Below are positions 29,897 through 39,761 of a stretch of DNA of 64,000 nt, piece by piece. Origin of the DNA: Nitrospirota bacterium (GTDB lineage: Bacteria; Nitrospirota; Thermodesulfovibrionia; Thermodesulfovibrionales; JdFR-86). The notes under the pieces are model-generated. The model had not been told where the DNA came from, did no database searches, and saw only the letters and a list, made by a program, of their open reading frames with translations. Each line of letters starts with the position of its first letter. The first letter of the stretch is position 1. A program made the translations under genes and the position numbers. Location of the stretch: the NCBI GenBank assembly GCA_963721805.1, contig CAVRJY010000005.1, positions 1-64,000 on the forward strand, in the 5' to 3' direction.

Positions 29897-30445
29897 ATGT
29901 CAACATCACGACGGAGTGTAGAAAAACATTTTTTAGAAGCTCCAAAGGAGATTCAAGGCTGCTTTGAACATTTGCCTAAACTGCTAAAAGAGTTCCCCTT
30001 AGATGTGAGCCTCGGGTATTTATTTTCTAGAGTTGAGTACATTCATAATATGGCACTATATTGCGGAGCTACAAAATTGCGCAGGACAGACTCGGAGCTT
30101 ACATGGAAAGCTATTGAATCGCATCAATTAACACGCGATGGGTTTCGTGAGTTTTTTACAAATATTTACGAAAATAGCATTCCTGACAATATCATACAGA
30201 AGATCAAACTAGCGGAAAAAGTCCGCGATAAAGCCTTGCATGGCAAGACACCGCCAGACAAAGATATTAGACCGGCACTTGTTGCGATAATTGACTATGC
30301 TAATTCTTTTAATGATTTTGTATATGGCATTGCTGGGCTCAGGCCTTTTACGAATAACCTTACTGGCTATAAAGGTCGCGGGGAGTCCTTAGACAAGCGC
30401 ACAACGCGGTTGATGTTGCAAGGATTAGGTTTTAAACTTTCATAA
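29897..30445 (+). CDS. Hypothetical protein, possible HEPN domain
   Basis: Low GC, predicted helical, RxxxxH motif (RDKALH). Confidence 0.6.
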   Translation: MSTSRRSVEKHFLEAPKEIQGCFEHLPKLLKEFPLDVSLGYLFSRVEYIHNMALYCGATKLRRTDSELTWKAIESHQLTRDGFREFFTNIYENSIPDNIIQKIKLAEKVRDKALHGKTPPDKDIRPALVAIIDYANSFNDFVYGIAGLRPFTNNLTGYKGRGESLDKRTTRLMLQGLGFKLS

Positions 30446-30451
30446 TTCCCT

Positions 30452-30694
30452 TTAGGCTGCTACGAGTTCTTCGTTTTGGATGGTAACCTTCGGATTAGGG
30501 TTTGACGGAGGCACGGGAAGCCCCTGTTCGTGGAGTAGGCTAACATGTTCGGCCATGCCCCATTTGGCCTTATAAAGGCAGTCCTCGACGGAATGCCCTA
30601 TGCCGCTGAACCCTTCGAGGTCAGGCGAGTAGAAACCGAAATAATCGGGCTCCTTTGTGGCTTCGATAATCAACGAATACGGTATATCAATCAT
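30452..30694 (-). CDS. hicB: HicB family antitoxin
   Basis: YSPDLEGFSGIGHSVEDC...LPVP; AGGAGG RBS; downstream of hicA. Confidence 0.85.
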   Translation of the reverse strand: MIDIPYSLIIEATKEPDYFGFYSPDLEGFSGIGHSVEDCLYKAKWGMAEHVSLLHEQGLPVPPSNPNPKVTIQNEELVAA

Positions 30695-30703
30695 GGCGTC
30701 CTC

Positions 30704-30892
30704 CTATTTCCTCAACCCTGCGGCCTTGAGGATCGCGTTGCATGTCCCGGTGGGGATTTCCTTCGAGCCATGGAAATCGACTCTGATGAGCTTGTCCCAG
30801 CCCGGTCGGCTATAGTATCGAATCGAGCCCTTTTCCTTTATCTGCCTGAATCCGGCTTCTTAAAGCATGCGGATCAGCTCGGAAAATTTCAT
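30704..30892 (-). pseudogene. hicA: HicA toxin with an in-frame TAA at codon 11
   Basis: MKFSELIRML*EAGFRQIKEKGSIRYY...HGSKEIPTGTCNAILKAAGL. Confidence 0.8.
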
Positions 30893-30950
30893 GCCTTATT
30901 ATAGCACTCCCGGCTTCAAGTAAATCCCGGACGCACTATCTCTAATAAAA

Positions 30951-31152
30951 GCCGTTGACCACGGGGGTGCGGGGGGCGTCCGTTATCCTCTCCCCCCGAA
31001 AGCGCGCCCAAATCGGCTTCAGACAAGGGGACCGGTTGGCCCCTTTTCTTTAGGAAGAGGGGTCCGTGACCTCCGCCCGATGGTGTACTGTGACGTACTT
31101 AGAGGGCGAGTCTTTGAAGACCAACGACGTATCAAGCGATTTGGAGCGCTTT
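30951..31152 (+). repeat. Dispersed structured repeat, copy G (head type I, double-hairpin insert)
   Basis: Full copy with an insert at about 31027-31074. Confidence 0.9.
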
Positions 31153-31191
31153 CACTTCCGCATTGACTCCCCCCCGACATAACCGATAAAA

Positions 31192-34100
31192 TTGATGATG
31201 CAACACTCCGATTTCGTTCCTCTGCATGTCCATACCGAGTATAGCCTCCTAGACGGGGCCATAAAGCTCTCCGAGCTCGTCAAGACCGCATCGGAGTACC
31301 GGATGCCGGCGGTCGCGATGACAGACCACGGCAACATCTTCGGCGCCGTAGAGTTCTATAAATCCGCGACCAAGGCCGGGGTCAACCCGATCATCGGCTG
31401 CGAGGTATACGTCACGCCCGGCAGCCGCCACGACCGCGGCGCGCAAGAGGGCTCGGCCCGCCACCACCTCGTCCTGCTCGCGCGCGACAATGTCGGCTAT
31501 TCCAACCTCGTAAAGCTCGTATCGAAGGCCCACATAGAGGGCTTCTACCACAAGCCGAGAGTCGACCACGAGCTGCTGGAGCTGCACCACGAGGGGCTGA
31601 TCGCGCTCTCGGCGTGCCTCAAGGGCGAGGTCCCCTCTGCGTTCATGCACGGAGACGACGCGAAGGCCCGCACGCTCGCGAAGTGGTATCTGGATTTGTT
31701 CGGCAAGGACAACTACTGGATAGAGCTTCAGGACAACGGCTTGAAGGAGCAAAACGAGGTCAACCCCAAGCTCGTGGCGCTCGCGAAGTCGCTGGGGATC
31801 GGGCTGGTCGCGACGAACGACAGCCACTACATGAAGCGCGAGGACGCGCGCGCGCACGAGATACTGCTGTGCATCCAGACCGGCAAGACCATGGGCGACC
31901 CGACCCACATGCGGTTCGGCACGGACCAGGTATATTTCAAGTCCCCCGACGAGATGCACGCGGCGTACCACCACCTGCCCGAGGCCGTGACCAACACGCG
32001 CGCGATAGCGGAGCGCTGCCATGTCGAGTTCGAACTCGGCGTGCCGCGCCTGCCGAAGTTCGCGCCCCCGGAGCCGTACAGCCCGTCTGAGTACCTTGAG
32101 AAGATCGCGCGCGAGGGGCTCTCGAATATGTTCGCCCCGGCCGAGCCGCCCGCGAATTATATAGAACGCCTCGACTACGAGCTTGCGATGTTTAAAAAGA
32201 TGAAGTTCGCCTCGTACTTCCTCATCGTCTGGGACTTCATCCGCCACGCGAGGGAGGAGGGCATCCCCGTCGGGCCGGGGCGAGGCTCCGCGGCCGGAAG
32301 CCTGGTAGCGAACTCCATCGGGATCACGGACATCGACCCGCTAAAGTACGGCCTGCTGTTTGAGAGGTTCCTGAACCCCGACCGCATAAGCATGCCGGAC
32401 ATAGACGTCGACTTCTGCAAGGACCGCCGGGGCGAGGTCATCAAGTACGTCGGCGAGAAATACGGGCAGGACCACGTCTGCCAGATCATCACGTTCGGGA
32501 CGATGGCCGCGCGCGCCGCGATACGCGACGTGGCGCGGGCGATGGACTTCCCTTATGCCGACGCCGACCGCATAGCGAAGCTCATCCCCGAAGAGCTCAA
32601 GATGACCATCGAGAAGGCCATCGGGGCCGAGCCCCAGCTCCGCAAGGAATACGAGGGCAACGACGCGGTGCGCGACCTCATTGACGTGGCAAAACGGCTT
32701 GAGGGCCTCTCGCGCCATGCCTCCACCCACGCGGCCGGGGTAGTGATCTCGCGAGAGCCCCTGATGGACATCGCCCCGCTGTACGTCAACCAGTCGGACA
32801 AGAGCATCGTCACGCAGTTTGACATGAAATCGGTCGAGGCGATGGGGCTCATCAAGTTCGACTTCCTCGGCCTGAAGACCCTGACGATCATCGACAACAC
32901 GCTTAAGCTCCTTCATACCGACGGGATCGAGTTAGACATGAAAAAGATCCCGCTGGACGACAAGAAGACCTACGACATGCTGAGCGCGGGCCACTCGACC
33001 GGCGTGTTTCAGCTTGAATCAAGCGGGATGAAGGACATACTTTTGAAGATGGCCCCGGACCGCTTCGAGGACCTCATAGCGATAAACGCGCTCTACCGCC
33101 CAGGGCCTATAGGCAGCGGGATGGTCGACGACTTCATAAAGCGCAAAAAGGGCCTCACGGCGGTGCGCTACGACGTGCCGCAGACCAGGGAGGTCCTGGA
33201 CGAGACGTACGGCATCATCCTCTATCAGGAGCAGGTCATGCAGATCGCCAACAGGATCGGCGACTTCACGATGGGACAGGCCGACGAGCTTAGAAAGGCG
33301 ATGGGCAAGAAGCTCGCGGACAAGATCGAGGAGAAGCGCGCTACGTTCGTAGAGGCCGCTGTCGGCCACGGGGTCAAGGAGGCCAAGGCAGTAAAACTCT
33401 ATGGCCTGATGGCGAAATTCGCGGAGTATGGCTTCAACAAGTCGCACGCGGCCGCGTACGCGCTCGTGATCTACCAGACCGCGTACCTCAAGGCCAACTA
33501 CCCCGTGCACTTCATGGCCGCCTCGCTCTCGGCGGATTTGGACAACACGGAGAAGCTCGTAAAGTCGATAAAGGAATGCCGCAAGATGGGCATCAGCATC
33601 CTGCCGCCGGACATCAACCTCTGCGGCGCGGAGTTCCGCGTGAGCGGGCAGAGCATCCGCTTCGGCCTGGGCGCGGTCAAAGGCGTCGGGGTCGCCGCGC
33701 TGGAGTCCATCATCGAGACCCGGCGCGGAAGCGGGCATTTCAAGTCCACGGAGGACTTCCTCAGGCGCATAGATTCGCGCCGCGTGAACAAGAAGGTCAT
33801 CGAGGCCCTGATAAAGGCCGGCGCGATGGATGGCTTCTGCGAAGCCGCGGCTGGCACGCTCGGCGTGGCCGCGTGCAGGCACAAGGCCTTAAAGACCGCG
33901 GCCGAGGCCGGTGGCGGCGCGATACCCTCGATGGACCTCTTCGGCGGAACCCCTGAGGAGCAGGCAGCCGAGGACACGTGGGACGAGGCCGAACTGCTCA
34001 GAAACGAGAAGGAGGCGCTGGGATTCTATATAACCGGCAGCCCGCTCGATAAGTACAGAAAAGTCCTGACCGCGATGGGCATACCGGACATCACGGAGCT

Positions 34101-34611
34101 CGAAGAGAGCGCCGACCGCTCTACGGTCGAGACCGCGGGGATCGTGACCGCGATCCGCCGCCTGCGCACTAAGAAGGACAAGGAGCGCATCATGGCCGCC
34201 CTCACGCTCGACGACGGCGAGGGCAGCATCGAGGTGATGGTGTGGCCGGACCTCTACGACGCCCAGCACGGCGGGATCAAGAAGGACGCGGCGTACCTCG
34301 TCAAGGGGACGTTCGAAAAGAGCGACCGGGGCTCGAAGATACTGGCCGATTCTTTGCGCGAGCTTGAAGGGATACTGCACAGCAAGGGCAACGGCCGCAA
34401 AGTGATCGTGAATGTCCAGAGCGGCAGCGCGGACATGCGCGCCCTGCGCGAGCTGCTGCCTTCGGCGCAAAACGGGATGCCTCTTTATATACGGGTGCGC
34501 ATGGCCGACGCGGAGGTCTTGATACAGACCAGCCTTGAGGTCATGCCGGATGAGCCGCTGATCGCGCGCGTCGAGACCGCGCTGGGGGCCGGGGCGCTGG
34601 AGATTTTGTAA
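31192..34611 (+). CDS. dnaE: DNA polymerase III alpha subunit
   Basis: PHP domain (LHVHTEYSLLDG), GRGSAAGS, SMPDIDVDF, YGFNKSH; true start probably ATG 31195 or 31198. Confidence 0.98.
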   Translation: MMMQHSDFVPLHVHTEYSLLDGAIKLSELVKTASEYRMPAVAMTDHGNIFGAVEFYKSATKAGVNPIIGCEVYVTPGSRHDRGAQEGSARHHLVLLARDNVGYSNLVKLVSKAHIEGFYHKPRVDHELLELHHEGLIALSACLKGEVPSAFMHGDDAKARTLAKWYLDLFGKDNYWIELQDNGLKEQNEVNPKLVALAKSLGIGLVATNDSHYMKREDARAHEILLCIQTGKTMGDPTHMRFGTDQVYFKSPDEMHAAYHHLPEAVTNTRAIAERCHVEFELGVPRLPKFAPPEPYSPSEYLEKIAREGLSNMFAPAEPPANYIERLDYELAMFKKMKFASYFLIVWDFIRHAREEGIPVGPGRGSAAGSLVANSIGITDIDPLKYGLLFERFLNPDRISMPDIDVDFCKDRRGEVIKYVGEKYGQDHVCQIITFGTMAARAAIRDVARAMDFPYADADRIAKLIPEELKMTIEKAIGAEPQLRKEYEGNDAVRDLIDVAKRLEGLSRHASTHAAGVVISREPLMDIAPLYVNQSDKSIVTQFDMKSVEAMGLIKFDFLGLKTLTIIDNTLKLLHTDGIELDMKKIPLDDKKTYDMLSAGHSTGVFQLESSGMKDILLKMAPDRFEDLIAINALYRPGPIGSGMVDDFIKRKKGLTAVRYDVPQTREVLDETYGIILYQEQVMQIANRIGDFTMGQADELRKAMGKKLADKIEEKRATFVEAAVGHGVKEAKAVKLYGLMAKFAEYGFNKSHAAAYALVIYQTAYLKANYPVHFMAASLSADLDNTEKLVKSIKECRKMGISILPPDINLCGAEFRVSGQSIRFGLGAVKGVGVAALESIIETRRGSGHFKSTEDFLRRIDSRRVNKKVIEALIKAGAMDGFCEAAAGTLGVAACRHKALKTAAEAGGGAIPSMDLFGGTPEEQAAEDTWDEAELLRNEKEALGFYITGSPLDKYRKVLTAMGIPDITELEESADRSTVETAGIVTAIRRLRTKKDKERIMAALTLDDGEGSIEVMVWPDLYDAQHGGIKKDAAYLVKGTFEKSDRGSKILADSLRELEGILHSKGNGRKVIVNVQSGSADMRALRELLPSAQNGMPLYIRVRMADAEVLIQTSLEVMPDEPLIARVETALGAGALEIL

Positions 34612-34671
34612 GCTCGGTGAAAACGCGCTTTCCAAGATGGGCGAAAGCCGCTGGCCGCTGCCGCGGTCCGA

Positions 34672-34700
34672 TTGACAGTTGAAGCATTAGGGCCTAAGCT
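34672..34700 (+). promoter_or_regulatory. Sigma70-type promoter
   Basis: TTGACA-17 bp-TAAGCT. Confidence 0.6.
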
Positions 34701-34709
34701 TATGGTGTC

Positions 34710-34856
34710 ATGGACAACGAAAATAACGAGCCCGCCCAGGTCATCTGCGGCAACTGCCTTGAGGAGGTCCCGCATGAGCTTTTCTGTGAAAACTGCGGGG
34801 TTATACTGAAGCCTTACAGCAAACAATCATCTTCAAATCCCAGGGTATCTAGCTGA
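34710..34856 (+). CDS. Small zinc-ribbon protein (48 aa, missing from the ORF track)
   Basis: MDNENNEPAQVICGNCLEEVPHELFCENCGVILKPY; two CxxC; promoter upstream and terminator downstream. Confidence 0.65.
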   Translation: MDNENNEPAQVICGNCLEEVPHELFCENCGVILKPYSKQSSSNPRVSS

Positions 34857-34881
34857 CCCGTTAACCGCGATTGGAACCTAC

Positions 34882-34911
34882 AGGGGGACCCTCAGGCCCC
34901 CCTTCCTTTTT
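34882..34911 (+). terminator. Rho-independent terminator
   Basis: AGGGGG..CCCCCT hairpin followed by TCCTTTTT. Confidence 0.55.
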
Positions 34912-34943
34912 AGGAATCTTACACCGCTCCCGCTACCTTCTTG

Positions 34944-35118
34944 AAAGCGATCCAAAGTTCCGGGATACTGCGTCACGTCTCGGAAATCCGTCCTCGATGT
35001 ACGTCTCAGTACACCGTCGGACGTTTTCCTCGCCGTTTCCTTGTCTGCCGAAATTTGGCCCGCTTTATGGGGTTAAACGCGGCCCAGCCGCTGGACCCCA
35101 TACCCCGTGGTCAACGGC
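34944..35118 (-). repeat. Dispersed structured repeat, copy H (head type I)
   Basis: Reverse-strand full copy. Confidence 0.9.
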
Positions 35119-35300
35119 GTTAAATTAGGGACACCCATACTGCTACCGGCTACTTTGACATAGTATGTCTCAGTGTGATAAATAATAAGTGGAGGTGCAG
35201 ATATGACATAGGATAAAATGGCTATATTTTTTGAAATGGTTTCACCAAGTATAAGACGCCCTTTGGGCCGAAAATGATTGCGTTGTAAAAGGAAAAGAAA

Positions 35301-35483
35301 ATGGAAATTCAGCCGTCAAAGAAGAGCCAAGCGCTCCCACGTTGTCAGACCAAGATAAGCGGGTCAGGGTATAACTGCACTACCAATGATCCTGGGGTTC
35401 AGCAATACATAGGCAAGGGCATCTTAATTCTATTGATCTGTGTTGGAGTTGCCGTTATATTAAAGGCGATGCCCCGCAACTGA
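35301..35483 (+). CDS. Small hypothetical membrane protein
   Basis: AAGGA RBS, one C-terminal TM helix, lower GC; between repeats H and I. Confidence 0.45.
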   Translation: MEIQPSKKSQALPRCQTKISGSGYNCTTNDPGVQQYIGKGILILLICVGVAVILKAMPRN

Positions 35484-35510
35484 TCGTTCTGTGCATAAGT
35501 AAATAGAGGC

Positions 35511-35554
35511 TATAGACACCACGGCCCCTCGTTCGAGGGGCCGTGGTGTCTATA
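35511..35554. repeat. Perfect 21-bp-arm inverted repeat
   Basis: TATAGACACCACGGCCCCTCG-TT-CGAGGGGCCGTGGTGTCTATA. Confidence 0.9.
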
Positions 35555-35661
35555 TGTTTAACATGGGATCGATGATCTTGCAATCGTGAATAAAATTAAT
35601 CGCTAATCAAGAACCTTCATTGGCGCGGGGGCAGCGGGAGCAAACCAGCCACTATTATAAT

Positions 35662-35822
35662 GCCGTTGACCGCTCGCACGATTATGCAGGGGAAGGTTAA
35701 AGTGCGAGAAATCGTGTCAGACAAGGAACGGCGAGGAAAACCGTCCGCAGTCGTACTGGGATGTACTTCGAGGACGGATTTCCGAAGCCGTGACGACGTA
35801 TCACGCGCATTTCGCGCGCTTT
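35662..35822 (+). repeat. Dispersed structured repeat, copy I (head type II)
   Basis: Full copy. Confidence 0.9.
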
Positions 35823-35828
35823 GAGAAC

Positions 35829-36242
35829 CTAGACTATCAGCCGCAGCTTTTTTATCTCTTGAAGCAATAAACCCTTGTCTATGGGCTTGACTATGTAGGA
35901 GAGCGCCTCACCTTTATAGAACGCGACCGATACGTTCTTCGGGTCGTCGAGCGACGTGATCATGATGACCTTCATCGCCTCGTGCGCCCCGATGCCGCGC
36001 TCGCGCTCCATCGCGCGGACGTGTTCGAGGGCCTCCTGCCCGCTGAGGTGCGGCATGATGATGTCCATCAGTATCAGGTCGTAGGGCGCGCCCTCGTCAA
36101 GCGCGATGCGGCAGGCCTGCACCGCCTCCAGCCCGTTTACGGCGACCTCGATGCTGCCGTACTCGCTCAGGATCGAGGTCAGGATCTGCCTGTTGACGAA
36201 GTCGTCCTCAGCGATCAGTATCTTCATCGCGGTATCTTTCAC
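35829..36242 (-). CDS. Single-domain response regulator (CheY-like)
   Basis: ILIAEDD, DLILMDIIMP, YIVKP. Confidence 0.9.
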   Translation of the reverse strand: MKDTAMKILIAEDDFVNRQILTSILSEYGSIEVAVNGLEAVQACRIALDEGAPYDLILMDIIMPHLSGQEALEHVRAMERERGIGAHEAMKVIMITSLDDPKNVSVAFYKGEALSYIVKPIDKGLLLQEIKKLRLIV

Positions 36243-36357
36243 GTTGATATTTTACAATATTTCTGGCTATTGCGCTTGATATTTCTGGTAATATATAGCA
36301 ATAAGGGCTCGGAGCGGCATTTGTTATCAGGGCCGGGCGCGGAGGGGACAAGGACTC

Positions 36358-37185
36358 ATGGCCGAGGCCAGGGAAGTCAGCGAGTACATCAGGGGCATCA
36401 GGGAGGGCTCGACCCTCCCGGAGATGCTCGGCAAGATCATCGCGCTCGTGCAGGACGAGAACTCCTCGAGCGCGGACCTGTGCCGCCTGATCTCGTTCGA
36501 CCAGGGCCTGGCCGAGAGCATCCTGCGCGTCGCCAACTCCTCGATGTTCGGCCACTCGGGCCGTATACGCGACATAGACCAGGCCGTGATGTTCCTGGGC
36601 TACCGCCAGATAAAGGCCATCGCGCTTGGGATGAGCGTGATGAAGGTCTTCCCGCCCGGCGGCTCGTTCAGCCTGCGGGCGCTCTGGGCGCACGGCTACG
36701 AGGTGGCGTGCATCGCAAACGCGCTGGCCGAGGCCGTGCCTTCGGCCACTGCGAGGGAGTGTTTTCTGGCCGGGCTGCTGCACGACATAGGCCGCGTGAT
36801 ATTCTGCCGCCTGGACGCGGAGCGGTTCCTGAAGATCGGCACCGGCGACGACATGCTGCAGCGCGAGCGCGAGCTCTACGGCTGCACGCACGAGGACGCC
36901 GGGCGGTGGTTTTTGGAGGACACGAAGCTCCCCGATGACATCATCATGCCGGTGGCCTTCCACCACCAGCCGGACAAGGCCACGTCGTACGCCGACTCTG
37001 TCGCGATAGTGTCGTTCGCCGAGGCGCTCTCGCGCGTGCTCAACCCCGAGCGGGAGAACGACGGCATATGGCTTGCGGCCCATGACGAGATCAACCGTAG
37101 ATTCGCGCTCTCTCAGGACCAGATCATGCAGATCGGCACGAGGCTTGCGCTGATGAAACGGGATATAGGAGTGTTTTTCAGATAA
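36358..37185 (+). CDS. HDOD domain protein
   Basis: LRVANS, AGLLHDIG, FHH. Confidence 0.9.
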   Translation: MAEAREVSEYIRGIREGSTLPEMLGKIIALVQDENSSSADLCRLISFDQGLAESILRVANSSMFGHSGRIRDIDQAVMFLGYRQIKAIALGMSVMKVFPPGGSFSLRALWAHGYEVACIANALAEAVPSATARECFLAGLLHDIGRVIFCRLDAERFLKIGTGDDMLQRERELYGCTHEDAGRWFLEDTKLPDDIIMPVAFHHQPDKATSYADSVAIVSFAEALSRVLNPERENDGIWLAAHDEINRRFALSQDQIMQIGTRLALMKRDIGVFFR

Positions 37186-37206
37186 CGGCGTCAATTTGGG
37201 AGGTGG

Positions 37207-38064
37207 ATGTTGTCCGATAACAGGGAGAAGATTTTAAAGACGCTGGACTTGCCGTCGGTGCCGATGGTCGCGCTAAAGATACTCCGGCTGATGGACAACC
37301 CCAACGCCGGGGTCGATGACCTTCAAAACGCGATCATGGCCGACCAGGGCCTGGCGGCGCGCGTCATCCGCATGGCGAACTCGTCGTTCTACTCGATGAG
37401 CCGCGAGATCGACACAGTGAGCTCGGCGATCTTCGTGATGGGCTTCGGGACGATCAAGAACCTCGCGCTTGCGGTCGCGACGCGCGACATCTACAAGAAG
37501 TTCGGCCTGCTGGAGCAGAAGCTCTGGGAGCACAGCATCGGGGTCTCGGTCGCGGCGGGCATCATTGCGCGGCAGGTGAAGTTCTTCAAGCCCGAGGAGG
37601 CGGTCATGGCCGGGCTCCTGCACGACATCGGCAAGGTCGTCCTGAACAACAACCTCCCGGAGCAGTTTCTGGTGCTCACGCAGCGCGTGTACGAGGAAAA
37701 CGTCATGTACTCGGAGATCGAAAACGACATATTCGGGTTCGGCCACGCCGAGGTCGGCGGCCTCTTCGCCGAGAAGTGGAGGTTCCCCGAGGCGCTCGTG
37801 AGCGTCATCCAGCACCACCACGACTGCGAGCAGTTCGCCTCGACGCTCCCGGCCGACGCCTCGGAGGCCAAGCTCTGCCGCATCATCGCGCTGGCGGACG
37901 CCATCTGCCTCCGCCTCGGCATAGGCTACAGCGGCCCGATGACCGACCTCAAGATCGACGAGGACGCGATGCTCGCGAAGCTCGACATACCCAAGGCGAA
38001 GTACCCGGAGCTGAAGGAAGACATAAAGCAGCAGTACATGAAGGAGAAGCTCTCGTTCCACTGA
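37207..38064 (+). CDS. HDOD domain protein
   Basis: LPSVP, IRMANS, AGLLHDIGK, HAEVG, HHH. Confidence 0.92.
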   Translation: MLSDNREKILKTLDLPSVPMVALKILRLMDNPNAGVDDLQNAIMADQGLAARVIRMANSSFYSMSREIDTVSSAIFVMGFGTIKNLALAVATRDIYKKFGLLEQKLWEHSIGVSVAAGIIARQVKFFKPEEAVMAGLLHDIGKVVLNNNLPEQFLVLTQRVYEENVMYSEIENDIFGFGHAEVGGLFAEKWRFPEALVSVIQHHHDCEQFASTLPADASEAKLCRIIALADAICLRLGIGYSGPMTDLKIDEDAMLAKLDIPKAKYPELKEDIKQQYMKEKLSFH

Positions 38065-38082
38065 GAAAGAGCTGAGGGGGCC

Positions 38083-38328
38083 GTGGAGATACCCGAGATA
38101 AAAGGCGCGTTAGAGGGCGCACCCTACGCCAGGCCAAAGGTGCGCAAGCCGGGCGAAAAGGACGTCGAGCCCACCGAGCGCATCGCGTTTACCGAGATAA
38201 TCTCCGAAGACCAGCGCGAGGGGCACCACCCGCCCACCGAGGACCTCCATCCCGAGGCGAGGGGCGGCCACAAGAAAGAGGAGAAGGCCCCGCCGCCTCC
38301 GCCGGGCCACGTGGACATAAAAGTTTAG
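38083..38328 (+). CDS. Hypothetical protein
   Basis: GAGGGG RBS, host codon usage, C-terminal GHVDIKV. Confidence 0.6.
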   Translation: MEIPEIKGALEGAPYARPKVRKPGEKDVEPTERIAFTEIISEDQREGHHPPTEDLHPEARGGHKKEEKAPPPPPGHVDIKV

Positions 38329-38361
38329 GGCCTGTCTCCAGCAGGCCCTGGGGGGGACGAG

Positions 38362-39204
38362 ATGAAAACAGCCGTTGTCCTGGCCGCCTCGATCTTCGCA
38401 TTCGTCCTGGCCGCGGCCCTGCCGGCATTCGCCACCTGCACGCCGGGCACGGACTGGACCGTCTCCTGGACCGACCAGTATGGCGAGACGACTTATACAC
38501 TCACCGCGCCGTGCAAGGTCTACATCGGCGTCCCGTTTAATATCAACGCTACGGCCTCAGACAGCTACTATCCAAACAGTTCGGTCGCGTACCCGTGGGC
38601 GATCTACGACGCGTACGACCCGGGCACCGGGCTGGTCAACGATACCGTCGCGGGCGGCTCGTGGCTTACTCTCTCTGGCGGACACTGGCAGACGGTCGTC
38701 TCGCGCACATACAGCGGCACGCCATACGACCATACGATCGGTTTTTACGCCAACGACCTCGGCCACGGCACCGGGGCCCATAACTTCTCGCAGCAGATTG
38801 TCGGCAACGTGACCGTGGACCCGTTTCTGGTCGATGCGGGGCCGGACCTCGTCATAACCGCCAGCCAGCAGGGATCGACCGTGATCCACGGCACTACGGC
38901 GGGGACCGGGCTGAGCTACCGCTGGCTGGAGGGGGCCACGGTTTTGCAGGGCTACCTGCCGGTGGACGGCTCGGGAGGCGCCCCGCTGGACCTCTCGACG
39001 CTCTCGCCGCTCTCCGATGGCGCACACACACTCACGCTTCAGATCACCGACGGCAACGCCACGAACGCCGACGCCATGGTGCTCACGATAGGCGCCCCCG
39101 CGGCCGCATACGTGGGCTATGACCCCAAGTGGTTCGGCATAACCTTCCTTATACTTATGGCCGCCGGAGCGTATCTCTTGCGCGGGCGGACCGCGAGGAG
39201 TTAA
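38362..39204 (+). CDS. Secreted surface protein with C-terminal sorting signal (probable exosortase substrate)
   Basis: Signal peptide, Thr/Gly/Ser-rich beta domains, VDAGPD PKD-like motif, tail VGYDPKWFG + TM helix + RGRTAR. Confidence 0.8.
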   Translation: MKTAVVLAASIFAFVLAAALPAFATCTPGTDWTVSWTDQYGETTYTLTAPCKVYIGVPFNINATASDSYYPNSSVAYPWAIYDAYDPGTGLVNDTVAGGSWLTLSGGHWQTVVSRTYSGTPYDHTIGFYANDLGHGTGAHNFSQQIVGNVTVDPFLVDAGPDLVITASQQGSTVIHGTTAGTGLSYRWLEGATVLQGYLPVDGSGGAPLDLSTLSPLSDGAHTLTLQITDGNATNADAMVLTIGAPAAAYVGYDPKWFGITFLILMAAGAYLLRGRTARS

Positions 39205-39227
39205 GCCCTCTGGTGAACAGTTACACA

Positions 39228-39761
39228 ATGAGGGAAGGGGGCAGTCGCCCCCCATTCGGCCGCCCCCTGTGGCCCCTTGGCCTTGTTTTCGGCCTGACCG
39301 CGATAATCCTCAACGTGCTCGTGGCATACCTGATGGGCAACGGACATCTCGCATTCATACCCGACCTCACCGCTCGCGCGATAACCGCGCTGGTGCAGGC
39401 CTCGGGGCTGCACGCGGTGAGGGAGGGGCTCGTCATACACCTGACGAACAGCACCTGGGAGGTCGCGATCGAGTGCACCGCGGTCTTCATCATGCTCATA
39501 TACGCCTCGTTCGTGCTCGTCTATCCGGCCTCCGTGAGGGCCAAGCTGGCCGCGCTGTTGGCCGGGATACCGTTTATCTTCTGCGCCAACATCCTGAGGC
39601 TGTACGCCATGGCCTGGATCGATTACCTGATGCCCGGCTACAGCGCGGCCTTCCACAGCTACGTCTGGCAGGTGGCGTTCATACTTATGGTGGTCATGAT
39701 GTGGCTTGGCTGGATCGCGCACCTCGGGGACGATGAGAGCAAGGCTCCTCTTTCTCGCTAA
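39228..39761 (+). CDS. Exosortase/archaeosortase family protein (XrtH-like)
   Basis: Cys-Arg-His triad: IECTA, NILRL, FHSYVWQ; multiple TM helices. Confidence 0.85.
   Translation: MREGGSRPPFGRPLWPLGLVFGLTAIILNVLVAYLMGNGHLAFIPDLTARAITALVQASGLHAVREGLVIHLTNSTWEVAIECTAVFIMLIYASFVLVYPASVRAKLAALLAGIPFIFCANILRLYAMAWIDYLMPGYSAAFHSYVWQVAFILMVVMMWLGWIAHLGDDESKAPLSR

Noticed and set aside
30860..30862. Recoded stop (Sec or Pyl) in hicA
   Set aside because: The codon is TAA, and other genes in the window use TAA as a normal stop.
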